DNA of 64,000 nt from Actinomyces sp. ICM47 (GTDB taxonomy: Bacteria; Actinomycetota; Actinomycetes; Actinomycetales; Actinomycetaceae), in NCBI RefSeq assembly GCF_905370305.1, contig NZ_CAJPJX010000001.1. The stretch is one strand, 5' to 3'. Numbering within the stretch: position 1 is the stretch's first letter; the number at the start of each line of letters is the position of its first letter. Below, piece by piece: positions 19,892 to 30,692 of the stretch. Both the position numbers and the translations under genes were made by a program. The notes under the pieces were generated by a model. It ran no database searches. It worked only from the letters and a program-made list of their open reading frames with translations, and was not told the DNA's origin.

Positions 19892-21061
19892 ATGACCCTG
19901 CCATTCGGTTCCTCCCAGCGTTCTACACTCGGTGTCGAGTGGGAGCTTCAGCTCGTCGACCGTGACTCGCACGATCTACGTCAAAGCGCGGACGCCATTA
20001 TCGACCGCGCCACGACCGACGGCAAGCTCTATCCCGGCGTCCATCGCGAGATGCTCCTCAACACGATCGAGGTCGTTTCCAAGCCGCGCTCGACCGTCGC
20101 CGAGTGCATCGCTGACTTGACGGATTGCGTCGACTACCTGACTCCCCTGGCCTCGGACCTGCGCATTGACCTGGCCACCGCCGGCACACACCCCTTCGCG
20201 CGCCCGGGCCGCCAGCGCGTCACCGACTCACGCCGCTACGCCCAGCTCGTCGAGCGCACCGCCTACTGGGGCCACCAGATGCTCCTGTACGGCGTCCACG
20301 TACACGTCGGCGTCGAAGACCGCGCGAAGATCCTGCCGATCCAGGCGGCGCTCACCGCCTACCTGGGCCACCTGCAGGCGATCTCCGCGTCTTCTCCGTT
20401 CTGGGCGGGCGAGGACACCGGCTACGCCTCCAACCGCGCGATGGTCTTCCAGCAGCTGCCCACCGCCGGTATCCCGCGTCAGTTCGACACGTGGGAGGAC
20501 CTGGAGGCCTACACGGACGACATGATCCGTACGGGCGTCATCGAGGGCTTCGACGAGGTTCGCTGGGATATCCGCCCCTCGCCGACTTTCGGCACGATCG
20601 AGAACCGCATGTACGACGCGGCGACGAACGCCACTGAGGTCGGCATCTTCGCGGCCCTCACCCACGTCCTCGTCGAGCACTTCTCGCGCCTGTACGACGC
20701 CGGTGAGCCCCTGCCCTCCCTGCCGGACTGGTTCGTTGCGGAAAACAAGTGGCGCTCGGCCCGCTACGGCATGGACGCAGCCCTCATCGTCTCGCGCGAC
20801 GGCGCGACCGAAAGCGCCCGCGACGGCATTGCGCGCCTGAAGGAAGAGCTGGCTCCCGTGGCCGCTGATCTTGGCTGCGCGCGCGAGTTCGCCGACCTGG
20901 ACACGATCCTGTCAATCGGTGCCGCCTACGAGCGCCAGCGCGCCGTCGCTGCGGCCGCACGCCCCGGCCAGGGCCTCGACGCCGTCGTGGCCCTCATGCG
21001 CGCCGAGATGGCTGCGGGTCGTCCCCTGGCACTCGCCGAGTTCGCAGCTCTGAGCGCCTGA
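19892..21061 (+). CDS. Glutamate--cysteine ligase family 2 (GCS2, YbdK-type carboxylate-amine ligase)
   Basis: MTLPFGSSQRSTLGVEWELQLVD...HVHVGV are hallmark YbdK motifs. GAAAGGA RBS upstream. Confidence 0.8.
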   Translation: MTLPFGSSQRSTLGVEWELQLVDRDSHDLRQSADAIIDRATTDGKLYPGVHREMLLNTIEVVSKPRSTVAECIADLTDCVDYLTPLASDLRIDLATAGTHPFARPGRQRVTDSRRYAQLVERTAYWGHQMLLYGVHVHVGVEDRAKILPIQAALTAYLGHLQAISASSPFWAGEDTGYASNRAMVFQQLPTAGIPRQFDTWEDLEAYTDDMIRTGVIEGFDEVRWDIRPSPTFGTIENRMYDAATNATEVGIFAALTHVLVEHFSRLYDAGEPLPSLPDWFVAENKWRSARYGMDAALIVSRDGATESARDGIARLKEELAPVAADLGCAREFADLDTILSIGAAYERQRAVAAAARPGQGLDAVVALMRAEMAAGRPLALAEFAALSA

Positions 21062-21216
21062 CCCCACGTCCCCGGCGCGGCGGCGAGGCCGTGTCCGGGG
21101 CGGGGCCACAGCCTCGTGACTGAGCAGACACCTTCCCAGTGCACTATCAGTCCACTTCCAGACTATCGGAGTATCCTATCCTCCGGAAAAATGAAATGGC
21201 CTGAGAGGACATCATC

Positions 21217-23895
21217 GTGTCGCAGGAAGAGACGGACTCGCCCGAGCCCCGCCACACCACTTTTCGCAGGATCGGTGCGCCACTGAGCGCAACAGCACGC
21301 ACCCTCTGGCTTCTGCTCTCCTCGCTGGCGCGCCTGACAGTCCGATGGCTGTCCCACGCCCCTGCCACTACCGTCGTGACGGTTGCGCTGACCCTGATGT
21401 CCGCCACCTACTGGGTGTGGCGCGATCAATTCAATGTTCTCGAGGCTAGCCCCTCACCCTCCCACTGGTGGTCGATCTTTTCCTCCGTGGGAGCTGTCCC
21501 CGGGCACTTCCTGGCCACCGCCGTCCTCGGCATCGCAACGATGATCGTCGCGGGTGGCGCCGCCGAACGCCACTTGGGCACCCGCGTGTGGATCGCTGCC
21601 GCGCTCGCCGGACAGGTCGTCGGCGTCACCGCGACATGGGCGACCCTGCCCCTGCTCAAGCGCGCGATCACCGAGTGGGGCCAGGCCATCGGCGAAGGAA
21701 CCCTGTGGGGGACGAGCCTCATGCTCATCGCCCTGGCTGGTGCCGCCGTGCAATCGCTAGGGGCACGCTGGCGGTGGAGGGCGCGTTTCCTCCTCGTCGG
21801 CGTCCTCGTTCTCTCCTCCGCGATCCTCGGCTCGGCAATCTCCTACGCGCGCGTGTGGGCGCTCCTGGCCGGCATGACCGCTGCTCGTCTACTGGGCGTG
21901 CGCGGCTCGAACTCCGACTCCACTGACGAGGTAACCACCGGTCGCCAGCTCGCCTCCGTGTCGGCGCTGTGCTGGGCGTGTGTCGCAGCTCTCACAGTTG
22001 TGTCATCCGCGCCCGAGGGACCCCTCGCGCAAATGCGCTGGTCGCTGGGGCCAGCCTGGTGGCTCGAAGGCCGTACGGGAGTCATCACAACCCTTCTGTG
22101 CCTGGCACCCGTCACCCTGCAGCTAATCTTCGCCTACGGGCTGCGTAGGGGACGACGAGTCGCCTACGTCGGCACCCTCATTCTCCAGGGCCTCCTCGGT
22201 ATTTCGACGCTGGCGTCAACCACCGTCGAACTCCTTGCGTGGAATGGGCCGGATAACCCCCTGCGTCCCGAGGTGACGACGGCTGCTTCTCTGCTGCTTA
22301 TGCCTGTCCTCCTCAATGTCGCGCTGTGCGCCATCACCTGGTGGATGCGTCGATCCTTCACGATCCACGCCGCGCCATCCACGACCTCGACGCTGGCACG
22401 CCGCTGGCTCATCCTCATGGCTGTGTGCGCGGCGGCGGTCCTCGTGCTCGGACTCCTCACAAGCGACTCATTCATTCCCTTCTCCTCGTTGGCTTCGGGT
22501 GAAGACATCTCGGACGCGCCCAACGCAACGCCCCTGCAGGTTTTCCACGACTACGCCCTCGCACTCCTACCCACGGCGACCGCGTCGATCTTCGAGCCAT
22601 CGCTCGTGCCCATGACTCTCCTGGCTGAGGCCCCCGTCCTGTGGATGCCCCTCGTTGCATGGGCGGGAACCCTCGCCCTCGTGCTGCGCGCTCTCCTCGC
22701 TCTGCCTCGCATCCCTGCGTCCTCACCTCTCGACGACCTCACGCCGCTCCTGCGCGTACACGGGGGCGGAACGCTTGGCTGGATGAACATGTGGGAGGGC
22801 AACCAGGTGTGGGTGTCCCCCTTCGACGAGGCCGGGGTTGCCTACCGGGGAGCCGGAGGCGTCGCGCTCACCGTCACCGACTTGGCCTACGAGGAAGGCA
22901 AGGCCTCCCAGGCAATCGATGAGTTTTCTTCCTTCGCCGCCACCGCAGGCCTCACACCGGCGCTCTATTCCGTCCACGAGGACCTGGCCTACGCCGCCCG
23001 CGACGAGGGCTGGACGATCATGCAGGTCGCCGAAGAGTCACTCCTCGACCTGCCTGACCTGGCATTCAAGGGCAAGGCCTACCAGGACGTACGCACCGCC
23101 ATGAACCATGCCACCCGCGAAGGCGTCGAGGCCCGCTGGACCACCTGGGACGAATGCCCCCAGGGATGGAAAGACCAGATCACCGTGATCTCGCAGGCGT
23201 GGAGTTCCGACAAGGCACTACCCGAAATGGGCTTCACACTCGGAGGCGTGCGCGAACTCGCGATCCCTGAGACGCGCATCCTCGTTGCCATCGACGCCGA
23301 CTCCACGATCCACGCCGTCACCTCGTGGCTGCCCGTTTATCGCGGCGGCCAGGTCGTCGGCCTAACCCTCGACGTCATGCGTCGCCGCGCAACAGGCTGG
23401 CGTCCCGCCATCGAATTCCTCATCGGCAAGGCCGCTCTGGCTGCCCAGGAAGAAGGCCTGGAGTTCTTGTCTCTCTCCGGCGCTCCCCTGAGGCGCTCCG
23501 CCGACGACACGTCCGCCTTCGGTCCTCTGACCGACGCCCTCGCCGCCATCATGGAACCTCTTTACGGCTTCACCTCGCTGCACGCCTTCAAACGCAAGTT
23601 CAAGCCACGCACGCAACCCCTGTACTTGGCCGTCCCCGAACCCGCCTCGTTGGCCACCGTCGGGCTTGCCATTTCGCACGCCTACGTGCCCTCGCTCTCC
23701 CCCGCCCAGACCCTCACACTGCTGGCTTCCGTCACCGGTGGCCTCGCCAAGCTCGCCGCGAAGGGCGTCGGAGACCTACGCTCTGCCCGCGCCACGCAGC
23801 GCACCTCCGCATCGTCCCCCTCCTCGGCCACGCCCACAAGCACCGATCAGCGTGGCACCGCCACGGCCTCGTCAACCCCCTCCACGAAGGAGTGA
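21217..23895 (+). CDS. Polytopic membrane protein with a C-terminal MprF-like lysyl-phosphatidylglycerol synthase domain (DUF2156-like)
   Basis: The N-terminal roughly 500 aa are hydrophobic with many predicted TM helices. The C-terminal roughly 300 aa (YRGAGGVALTVTDLAYEEG ... YGFTSLHAFKRKFKP) resemble the aminoacyl-PG synthase domain from memory only, so the family call is tentative. Confidence 0.45.
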   Translation: MSQEETDSPEPRHTTFRRIGAPLSATARTLWLLLSSLARLTVRWLSHAPATTVVTVALTLMSATYWVWRDQFNVLEASPSPSHWWSIFSSVGAVPGHFLATAVLGIATMIVAGGAAERHLGTRVWIAAALAGQVVGVTATWATLPLLKRAITEWGQAIGEGTLWGTSLMLIALAGAAVQSLGARWRWRARFLLVGVLVLSSAILGSAISYARVWALLAGMTAARLLGVRGSNSDSTDEVTTGRQLASVSALCWACVAALTVVSSAPEGPLAQMRWSLGPAWWLEGRTGVITTLLCLAPVTLQLIFAYGLRRGRRVAYVGTLILQGLLGISTLASTTVELLAWNGPDNPLRPEVTTAASLLLMPVLLNVALCAITWWMRRSFTIHAAPSTTSTLARRWLILMAVCAAAVLVLGLLTSDSFIPFSSLASGEDISDAPNATPLQVFHDYALALLPTATASIFEPSLVPMTLLAEAPVLWMPLVAWAGTLALVLRALLALPRIPASSPLDDLTPLLRVHGGGTLGWMNMWEGNQVWVSPFDEAGVAYRGAGGVALTVTDLAYEEGKASQAIDEFSSFAATAGLTPALYSVHEDLAYAARDEGWTIMQVAEESLLDLPDLAFKGKAYQDVRTAMNHATREGVEARWTTWDECPQGWKDQITVISQAWSSDKALPEMGFTLGGVRELAIPETRILVAIDADSTIHAVTSWLPVYRGGQVVGLTLDVMRRRATGWRPAIEFLIGKAALAAQEEGLEFLSLSGAPLRRSADDTSAFGPLTDALAAIMEPLYGFTSLHAFKRKFKPRTQPLYLAVPEPASLATVGLAISHAYVPSLSPAQTLTLLASVTGGLAKLAAKGVGDLRSARATQRTSASSPSSATPTSTDQRGTATASSTPSTKE

Positions 23896-23897
23896 CC

Positions 23898-25463
23898 ATG
23901 TCCCTTCTCGGATCCATTTCCCTGACCTCGGGACGTACCCTCGCGGTCGTCGCCACGCTGGCGGTCCTGTCCCTCCTCGCGGGGGCGTTCCTCCTGCCGC
24001 GCTGGACACCCGGGCATTTCCCCCGACGCACGAGGCATTGGCTGGGCCGCGCGGTCCTCATCCTCGTGCCGATCCTCCTCGTGACGGCCACGGGTGTCCT
24101 GATTCTCAACCGCTCTCTCGGCCTCGTCAAGACCAGCGGTGACCTGGCTGCGCTCATCGCTTCCAACGTCGACGAACCGGCAGCCGAGTCTGGCGGCGAG
24201 GTCACAATCGGCGACCAGCCGATTGCCTCCTCCAGCCTCGACGCGACCTTCACGAGGACCGAGGACGGCATGCTCACCACCACGTGGACGGGGCCGATCA
24301 GCGGCATCACGCTGCCCGTCTTCGTCATCGCACCACGCGACTACTCCCCCACCGATGGCAAGACCTACGCGGTCATCGAGCTGCTGCACGGGTACCCGGG
24401 CGAGGCCGACGGCACCACGCAGGGTGCCCACGTTCAGGAGGCCCTCGACAACGCCATCGACGCCGGGATCATCCCGCCCACCATCATCGTCGTCCCGTCC
24501 CTGAGCGTCGACGAGGAGGCGCATGACTGCGCGGATATCGAGGATCGCCCCGCCGTCTATACGTGGTCCGCGCATGAAATCCCCGCGTTCATCCGCCACA
24601 ATTTCCCCAATACCTCCGACAAGCGCGACGCGTGGATGCTCGGCGGTTTCTCCGCGGGTGCCTACTGCGCGGTGTGGACGGCAATGCGCACGCCCCAGAC
24701 CTTCGGCGCAGCCGCCTCCCTCTCCGGCTATGACACGCAGATCGAGGGGCAGATGACGAATCTCGGCGACCAGTACCTGGCGGATAACACCCTCTCCACG
24801 ATGCTGGCCAAGAGGGTCCCCGATGGGCTGCGCATCTACGCGATGGCCGCCGCAGACGACGGGGCCGGCGGTGCCCCCGCCGCCGTCAAGATGGCCAAGG
24901 CCGTCAAGTCTCCCGACACCGTGACGACCGATATTCCGCCCACCGGCGGGCACGCAGGCCCCCTGTGGAGGGAGCACATCCCGACGATGCTGGCGTGGTG
25001 GGGTTCCTCCAACAAGGTCGCAAACGCGCTGGGATCATCCCCGACGGCGGCGACAGCGCGGGCATCCGAAGCCTACGCCTCCATCGTGCCGGCCACGAAC
25101 GTCACGCACACGGTGCGGCCCACCGCACCCAACGGCCTCGTGAGCCTTGTCGTGCTGGCCCTGTTATCCGCTGCGTTCGTGACCCTCACCTGGCGTTCCG
25201 CGGGCACGTGGAGTGCCGCTCTAGCTGGGGACGCAGACCTGCCCTCAACTCGCTCGCGCTTCTTCCGCCTGCCGATGCCGCGCGTCATCGCGACGCTGCC
25301 ACGCCCGGCGGCCTCATGCGTCACCTACGCGGCGCGACTGGCGTGTCTGAGCGCGGCGGCACTCGCCTGCGCTGCCTTCATCGGCGTGTGCGCCAACAGG
25401 GCAGGCGGCTTCTACACCTCATGGTCTTCCGTCGCCGAGTCCTTCATGGAGGGACTGCGCTGA
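23898..25463 (+). CDS. Membrane-anchored esterase-family alpha/beta hydrolase (esterase D / mycolyltransferase-like fold)
   Basis: The ATG at 23898 is 2 nt after the stop of the preceding gene, which suggests translational coupling. N-terminal TM helices are followed by IELLHGYPGEADG...WMLGGFSAGAYCAVW, with GxSxG at the nucleophile elbow. The longer track ORF that starts at 23325 overlaps the upstream gene and is rejected. Confidence 0.65.
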   Translation: MSLLGSISLTSGRTLAVVATLAVLSLLAGAFLLPRWTPGHFPRRTRHWLGRAVLILVPILLVTATGVLILNRSLGLVKTSGDLAALIASNVDEPAAESGGEVTIGDQPIASSSLDATFTRTEDGMLTTTWTGPISGITLPVFVIAPRDYSPTDGKTYAVIELLHGYPGEADGTTQGAHVQEALDNAIDAGIIPPTIIVVPSLSVDEEAHDCADIEDRPAVYTWSAHEIPAFIRHNFPNTSDKRDAWMLGGFSAGAYCAVWTAMRTPQTFGAAASLSGYDTQIEGQMTNLGDQYLADNTLSTMLAKRVPDGLRIYAMAAADDGAGGAPAAVKMAKAVKSPDTVTTDIPPTGGHAGPLWREHIPTMLAWWGSSNKVANALGSSPTAATARASEAYASIVPATNVTHTVRPTAPNGLVSLVVLALLSAAFVTLTWRSAGTWSAALAGDADLPSTRSRFFRLPMPRVIATLPRPAASCVTYAARLACLSAAALACAAFIGVCANRAGGFYTSWSSVAESFMEGLR

Positions 25464-25484
25464 GGCCCCTCCCCGCGACGCCGC

Positions 25485-26540
25485 TTAGGCGCGCGGGGGC
25501 ACGTAGGTCGTCGTCAGCTCCATGCCCGAATCCGGCGAAAAGTCCCAGTCCGACGGCGGCAGGCCCGCCGCCACCAGCTCCGAGCCGATCGCTGCGATCT
25601 GAGCACCGTTATCCGTGCAGAATCGCAGCGGAGGCATGCGCACGGTCACGCCCGCGGCCTCGGCTCGCTCCGTCAGGAGGGCACGCAGCCGCGAGTTGGC
25701 GGAGAAGCCGCCGCCCACGACAATCGTGTCACAGCCGGTGTCCAGCGCCGCGCGCACGGCCTTAGCGGTCAGCGAATCGTTGACGGCCTCGGAGAAGGCG
25801 GCGCACACGTTTTCCTTGCTGACGGTTTCGCCGCGCGCGACCGTTCCCTCAATGTAGCGAGCTACGGCAGTCTTGAGGCCCGAGAACGAAAAGTCGTACT
25901 TGTGGCGTTCCTTGTCCTTACCGGCGGCCAGGCCGCGCGGGAAACGGATCGCCTCGCGGTCGCCCTGCTGGGACAGGCGATCCACGTGGGGGCCGCCCGG
26001 GTAGGGCAGGCCGAGGAGACGCCCGACCTTATCGAAAGCCTCGCCTGCGGCGTCGTCCAGGGTACCGCCCAGCTCCACGACGTCAGTCGCGATATTGCGG
26101 ATCTCCAGGATGTTCGAGTGCCCACCTGAGACCACCAGTCCGATGAAATGCTCGGGAAGAGGCCCCTCGGCCAGCTTATCGACGGCCAGGTGACCAATCA
26201 CGTGGTTCACGCCGTACAGCGGCTTGCCCAGGGACGAGGCCAGGGCCTTGGCCGCGCAGATACCCACCGTCAGCGAACCGACCAGACCAGGACCCGCAGC
26301 GACCGCGATTGCATCCACGTCCGCCAGGGTCACCCCGGCCTCGTCGAGGGCGGCGTCGAGCGTCGGCAGGAACGACTCCAGGTGCGCGCGCGACGCAATC
26401 TCCGGGATGATACCGCCGTAGCGGGCATACTCGTCCATCGACGTAGCCGTGCGATCAACCAGCAGCTGCGTGCCGCGCACCAGGCCGACGCCCGTCTCGT
26501 CGCACGTTGACTCAATACCAAGGACCAGGGGGTTATTCAC
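25485..26540 (-). CDS. tsaD: tRNA N6-adenosine threonylcarbamoyltransferase
   Basis: Start taken at the GTG giving VNNPLVLGIESTCDETGVGLV, with GAGGG upstream. The His-x-x-Gly-His metal site HVIGH is present. The upstream extension in the track ORF is rejected. Confidence 0.85.
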   Translation of the reverse strand: MNNPLVLGIESTCDETGVGLVRGTQLLVDRTATSMDEYARYGGIIPEIASRAHLESFLPTLDAALDEAGVTLADVDAIAVAAGPGLVGSLTVGICAAKALASSLGKPLYGVNHVIGHLAVDKLAEGPLPEHFIGLVVSGGHSNILEIRNIATDVVELGGTLDDAAGEAFDKVGRLLGLPYPGGPHVDRLSQQGDREAIRFPRGLAAGKDKERHKYDFSFSGLKTAVARYIEGTVARGETVSKENVCAAFSEAVNDSLTAKAVRAALDTGCDTIVVGGGFSANSRLRALLTERAEAAGVTVRMPPLRFCTDNGAQIAAIGSELVAAGLPPSDWDFSPDSGMELTTTYVPPRA

Positions 26541-26619
26541 GCCCTCTAGTCTAAGTCTGCGCGCACGGTGACGCCGCCCGCAGGGGCGGGCGTGCGTCAT
26601 GTAGTGAACCGTCAGAGTC

Positions 26620-26859
26620 TCAATCCTGCCCGGACCGTTTGTTGGCGACGATCATCGCGACGCCAGCGATGGCGAACACCAGCAGGGACCACGGGACAAG
26701 CGAATCGGCGACGGGCTTGACTGTTGGGGAGCCGAAAACAACCCCCAGGAGCAGAAGGATCGACAGGATTGCAAAAACAACTATTGCGCCAATTGCAAAC
26801 GTTGCACTGACCCAGTAACGGCGCGTGTGCGTGTTCGGTCCGGTCTCGTCAAATTGCAT
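26620..26859 (-). CDS. Small two-TM membrane protein of unknown function
   Basis: MQFDETGPNTHTRRYWVSATFAIGAIVVFAILSILLLLGVVFG...LVFAIAGVAMIVAN. Family unknown. Confidence 0.4.
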   Translation of the reverse strand: MQFDETGPNTHTRRYWVSATFAIGAIVVFAILSILLLLGVVFGSPTVKPVADSLVPWSLLVFAIAGVAMIVANKRSGQD

Positions 26860-26964
26860 GGCAAGCTCCTCTCTGAGCCCCGATGATGTCTCCATCATAC
26901 GCCTCAGATCACAATGTCCGCGAGCACTCGAGAAAGGGTCCGTCGGAGGTTGGAGGACGCAAAA

Positions 26965-26994
26965 GGGCCCGGCGCACGTTGGTGCGCCGGGCCC
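26965..26994 (-). terminator. Intrinsic terminator after sdhB
   Basis: GGGCCCGGCGCAC-gttg-GTGCGCCGGGCCC, followed on the minus strand by TTTTGCGT. Confidence 0.7.
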
Positions 26995-27011
26995 AAGGCC
27001 ACTCAGGCGGA

Positions 27012-27755
27012 TCAGACGCCCTTGAAGGCTGCCTTTCCGAGCTGGCGGTTCAGGTTTGCGATCACGTCAAGCGGGATCTGCTTGGGGCAGACTGCCGCGC
27101 ACTCACCGATGTTCGAGCAGGAGCCGAAGCCCTCCTCGTCCATCTGGTTGAGCATGCCCACGACGCGCTTGTAGTTCTCGGGCTTGCCCTGCGGGAGCAG
27201 GCCGAGGTGTGTGACCTTCGCGGAGGTGAAGAGCATCGCGGAGGCGTTCGGGCAGGCCGCCACGCACGCCCCGCAGCCGATGCAGGCCGCGGCCTCAAAC
27301 GCGCGATCCGCGTCCTGCTTCGGGACCGGGGTTGCGTGCGCGTCGGGGGCCGCACCCGTGTTCACGGAGATGTAGCCGCCGGCCTGGATGATGCGATCCA
27401 GGGCGGAGCGGTTCACCACCAGGTCCTTGATGATCGGGAAGCCCGACGCACGCCACGGCTCGATCGTGATGACGTCGCCGTCGTTGAAGGAACGCATGTG
27501 CAGCTGGCAGGTTGTGGTGACCTCCGGGCCGTGAGCGATACCGTTGATGACGATGCCACACTGACCGCAGATGCCCTCGCGGCAGTCGGAGTCGAAGGCG
27601 ATGGGTTCCTCACCGCGTGCGAAGAGCTCTTCGTTCAGGACGTCGAGCATCTCCAGGAACGAGGACTCTTCCGAGATTCCCTTCACCTGGTATTCATGAA
27701 TTGCGCCCTTGTCTTCGGGACCGTTTTGGCGCCAGATCCTCAGTGTCAGGTTCAC
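27012..27755 (-). CDS. sdhB: Succinate dehydrogenase / fumarate reductase iron-sulfur subunit
   Basis: Cys clusters present: [34 protein letters not shown]. Confidence 0.9.
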   Translation of the reverse strand: MNLTLRIWRQNGPEDKGAIHEYQVKGISEESSFLEMLDVLNEELFARGEEPIAFDSDCREGICGQCGIVINGIAHGPEVTTTCQLHMRSFNDGDVITIEPWRASGFPIIKDLVVNRSALDRIIQAGGYISVNTGAAPDAHATPVPKQDADRAFEAAACIGCGACVAACPNASAMLFTSAKVTHLGLLPQGKPENYKRVVGMLNQMDEEGFGSCSNIGECAAVCPKQIPLDVIANLNRQLGKAAFKGV

Positions 27756-29731
27756 TTGTAGCTCCGCTGCTTCAGCTCGATGTCGTTGTAAATCAGGTCT
27801 TCCTTGTGGAGGATCGGGGGCTCGCCGTCACCGGCAAACTCCCAGGCCGCCACGTACAGGAACTTGTCGTCGTGCCGCAGGGCCTCACCCTCGGGAGTCT
27901 GAGACTCCGCGCGGAAGTGGCCACCGCACGACTCTTCGCGGTGCAGGGCGTCGATGCACATGAGCTCGCCCAGCTCCATGAAGTCGGCCACTCGGCCAGC
28001 CTTCTCGAGGGACTGGTTGAGTTCGCCGATCGACTTGCCGGGAACGCGAACGTTCTTCCAGTAGTCGGCGCGCAGCTCACGGATCATATCGATGGCCTTC
28101 TTCAGGCCGGCCTCGGTGCGCTCCATGCCGCAGTACTCCCACATGATCTTGCCCAGCTCCTTGTGGAACGAGTCCACGGAGCGGGTGCCATTGATCGACA
28201 TGAGGGTGTCGATACGCTTCTGAGCCGAGTCGAGAGCCTCCTTGACGGACGGCGAGTTCTCGTCCAGCTTGGGCAAGTGGAAGCAGTGCGCCAGGTAGTC
28301 GTTGATCGTGTTGGGCAGGACGAAGTATCCGTCCGACAGGCCCTGCATGAGCGCCGAGGCACCCAGGCGGTTTGCGCCGTGGTCGGAGAAGTTTGCCTCG
28401 CCGGCCACGTACAGACCGGGCAGGTTCGACTCGAGGTCGTAGTCAACCCACAGGCCACCCATGGTGTAGTGGACGGCCGGGTAGATGCGCATCGGCACCT
28501 CGTAGGGGTTGTCGCCCGTGATGCGCTCGTACATGTCGAAGAGGTTGCCGTACTTAGCGGAGACGGCTGCCCTGCCCATACGGGAGATGGCCTCGGAGAA
28601 GTCGAGGTAGACGCCGCGGGCGACACCGTCGATCTTCGGGCCGACGCCACGGCCCTCGTCGCACATGTTCTTGGCCTGGCGGGACGCGATGTCGCGGGGT
28701 ACGAGGTTACCGAAGGAGGGGTAGATGCGCTCCAGGTAGTAGTCGCGGTCCTCTTCGGGGATGTCACGCGGGTCCTTCTCGCAGTCCTCGGCGCGCTTGG
28801 GAACCCAGATGCGACCGTCGTTACGCAGCGACTCCGACATGAGGGTCAGCTTCGACTGCTGGTCGCCGTGCTGGGGGATGCACGTGGGGTGGATCTGCGT
28901 GAAGCAGGGGTTGCCGAAGTAGGCACCCTTGCGGTACGCACGCCAGATGGCGGTGCCGTTGCAGCCCATCGCGTTGGTGGACAGGAAGAACACGTTGCCG
29001 TAGCCGCCGGTCGCCAGGACGACCGCATCAGCGATGAAGGTCTCAAGCTTGCCGGTAGACATGTCGCGGGCGATGATGCCGCGCGCCTTGCCCTCATCGA
29101 CGATCAGCTCGACCATCTCGTGACGCGAGTGCTCGGTGACGGTACCCGCGGCGACCTGACGCTCGAGTGCCTGGTAGGCGCCGATCAGGAGCTGCTGGCC
29201 GGTCTGGCCACGCGCGTAGAACGTACGGGACACCTGCACGCCACCGAAGGAGCGGTTGTCGAGGAGGCCGCCGTACTCGCGGGCGAAGGGGACGCCCTGC
29301 GCGACGCACTGGTCGATGATGTTGGCGCTGACCTCGGCGAGGCGATAGACGTTGTCCTCGCGGGCGCGGTAGTCGCCGCCCTTGACCGTGTCGTAGAAGA
29401 GACGGTAGACGGAGTCGTTGTCGTTGCGGTAGTTCTTCGCAGCGTTGATGCCACCCTGCGCGGCGATGGAGTGCGCGCGGCGGGCGGAGTCCTGGTAGAA
29501 GAAGCAGTCGACGTTGTAACCCATTTCGCCGAGCGAGGCGGCGGCGGCGCCGCCCGCGAGGCCGGATCCGACGATGATGACGCGCAGCTTACGGCGGTTG
29601 GCCGGGTTCACCAGCGCTGCGTTGAACTTACGCTGCTCCCAGCGCCGGTCGATCGGAACGTCGTGGGGAGCCTTCGCGTCGGCGATCTTCTCGCCTTCAC
29701 GGTAGAGGCCGTGGATGAGTGTATCGGTCAT
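27752..29731 (-). CDS. sdhA: Succinate dehydrogenase / fumarate reductase flavoprotein subunit
   Basis: FAD-binding motifs [15 protein letters not shown] and HYTMGG. Overlaps sdhB by 4 nt. Confidence 0.9.
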   Translation of the reverse strand: MTDTLIHGLYREGEKIADAKAPHDVPIDRRWEQRKFNAALVNPANRRKLRVIIVGSGLAGGAAAASLGEMGYNVDCFFYQDSARRAHSIAAQGGINAAKNYRNDNDSVYRLFYDTVKGGDYRAREDNVYRLAEVSANIIDQCVAQGVPFAREYGGLLDNRSFGGVQVSRTFYARGQTGQQLLIGAYQALERQVAAGTVTEHSRHEMVELIVDEGKARGIIARDMSTGKLETFIADAVVLATGGYGNVFFLSTNAMGCNGTAIWRAYRKGAYFGNPCFTQIHPTCIPQHGDQQSKLTLMSESLRNDGRIWVPKRAEDCEKDPRDIPEEDRDYYLERIYPSFGNLVPRDIASRQAKNMCDEGRGVGPKIDGVARGVYLDFSEAISRMGRAAVSAKYGNLFDMYERITGDNPYEVPMRIYPAVHYTMGGLWVDYDLESNLPGLYVAGEANFSDHGANRLGASALMQGLSDGYFVLPNTINDYLAHCFHLPKLDENSPSVKEALDSAQKRIDTLMSINGTRSVDSFHKELGKIMWEYCGMERTEAGLKKAIDMIRELRADYWKNVRVPGKSIGELNQSLEKAGRVADFMELGELMCIDALHREESCGGHFRAESQTPEGEALRHDDKFLYVAAWEFAGDGEPPILHKEDLIYNDIELKQRSYK

Positions 29732-29747
29732 GATTGCGTGCCCTTCC

Positions 29748-30461
29748 TCAGTGGATCAAGCCGGTGACGATGGCGACGGGCGGGGCCATAAACATCACGA
29801 AGATGACCAGACCGACCAGGCCCGAGAGGAGAACCAGAGGCTTGCGGGTGGCGGGACGCACCCAGCCGAGCGACTGGAACATGGACCAGAAGCCGTGAGA
29901 GACGTGGATGCATGCGCAGCCGACGAACACGGCGTAGAGGATCACGAGGACCGGCGACTGGAAGGACGCGATCATGCGGTCGTAAGGAGTGGTGACGTCA
30001 GCACCGAAATTGGCGACCTTCGCGGGCAGGCTCACGGTGGTGAAGTGAGCGATGTGGAAGATCAGGATCAGCAGGATAAGGACACCGCTCATACGCATAG
30101 TGCGGGCCGCGTAGGAGTCCGTGACGGATTTCTTCACGACGTAGCGGGTGGAACGAGCGCGACGCGAACGCTTCCAGGTGTAGGCAGCGGCCCACAGGTG
30201 GATGATGAGCATCAGCGCCATGGCGGCGCGGAAAACCCAGATGAATCCGCCGTGCGGGAAGATCGGCACGAAAGCCTCTTCATGCAGCCAGTGCGCGTAG
30301 TCGTTGTAAACCTGCGCGCCCAGGAACATCTTGAGGTTGCCGTAGGAGTGGAACAGCAAGAAGAAAACGAAAACGAAGCCCGAGACGGCCATCAGCTGCT
30401 TAATAAAGACGCTGGTGGTCCACGCGCGGCGCTTCTTCGTTGCGACATTTTGAGTGGCCAT
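29748..30461 (-). CDS. sdhC: Succinate dehydrogenase cytochrome b subunit (single five-TM anchor, type B)
   Basis: Start taken at [14 protein letters not shown]. Multiple TM helices with conserved His (HSYGNL, HLWAAAY, HIAHF, HVSHGF). Confidence 0.75.
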   Translation of the reverse strand: MATQNVATKKRRAWTTSVFIKQLMAVSGFVFVFFLLFHSYGNLKMFLGAQVYNDYAHWLHEEAFVPIFPHGGFIWVFRAAMALMLIIHLWAAAYTWKRSRRARSTRYVVKKSVTDSYAARTMRMSGVLILLILIFHIAHFTTVSLPAKVANFGADVTTPYDRMIASFQSPVLVILYAVFVGCACIHVSHGFWSMFQSLGWVRPATRKPLVLLSGLVGLVIFVMFMAPPVAIVTGLIH

Positions 30462-30692
30462 GGATTGAGCATATCGACGCTTTTCGTCCGCCTCGTAGGA
30501 CCATGGCACGAGGCGATGCGCCGCTCTTGTCGACACGGTGTCATTTTCGGCTATTTTCCGCGGTTCTTCCACGCTCCTTGACCCACAATTGCAATGACAA
30601 CACCTAGGACTATCGGCCTCATAAACAGGGGCCTGAAAGCACGAATTTTGATACACCGACCGTACCTATTTGGTGGTGGTCGTTGCATCTCC

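Noticed and set aside
23325-23897. Upstream extension of the esterase ORF (712-aa version)
   Set aside because: Overlaps the 3' end of the MprF-like gene in another frame. The translation is Arg/Pro-rich junk. The ATG at 23898 gives a sensible TM-anchored N-terminus.
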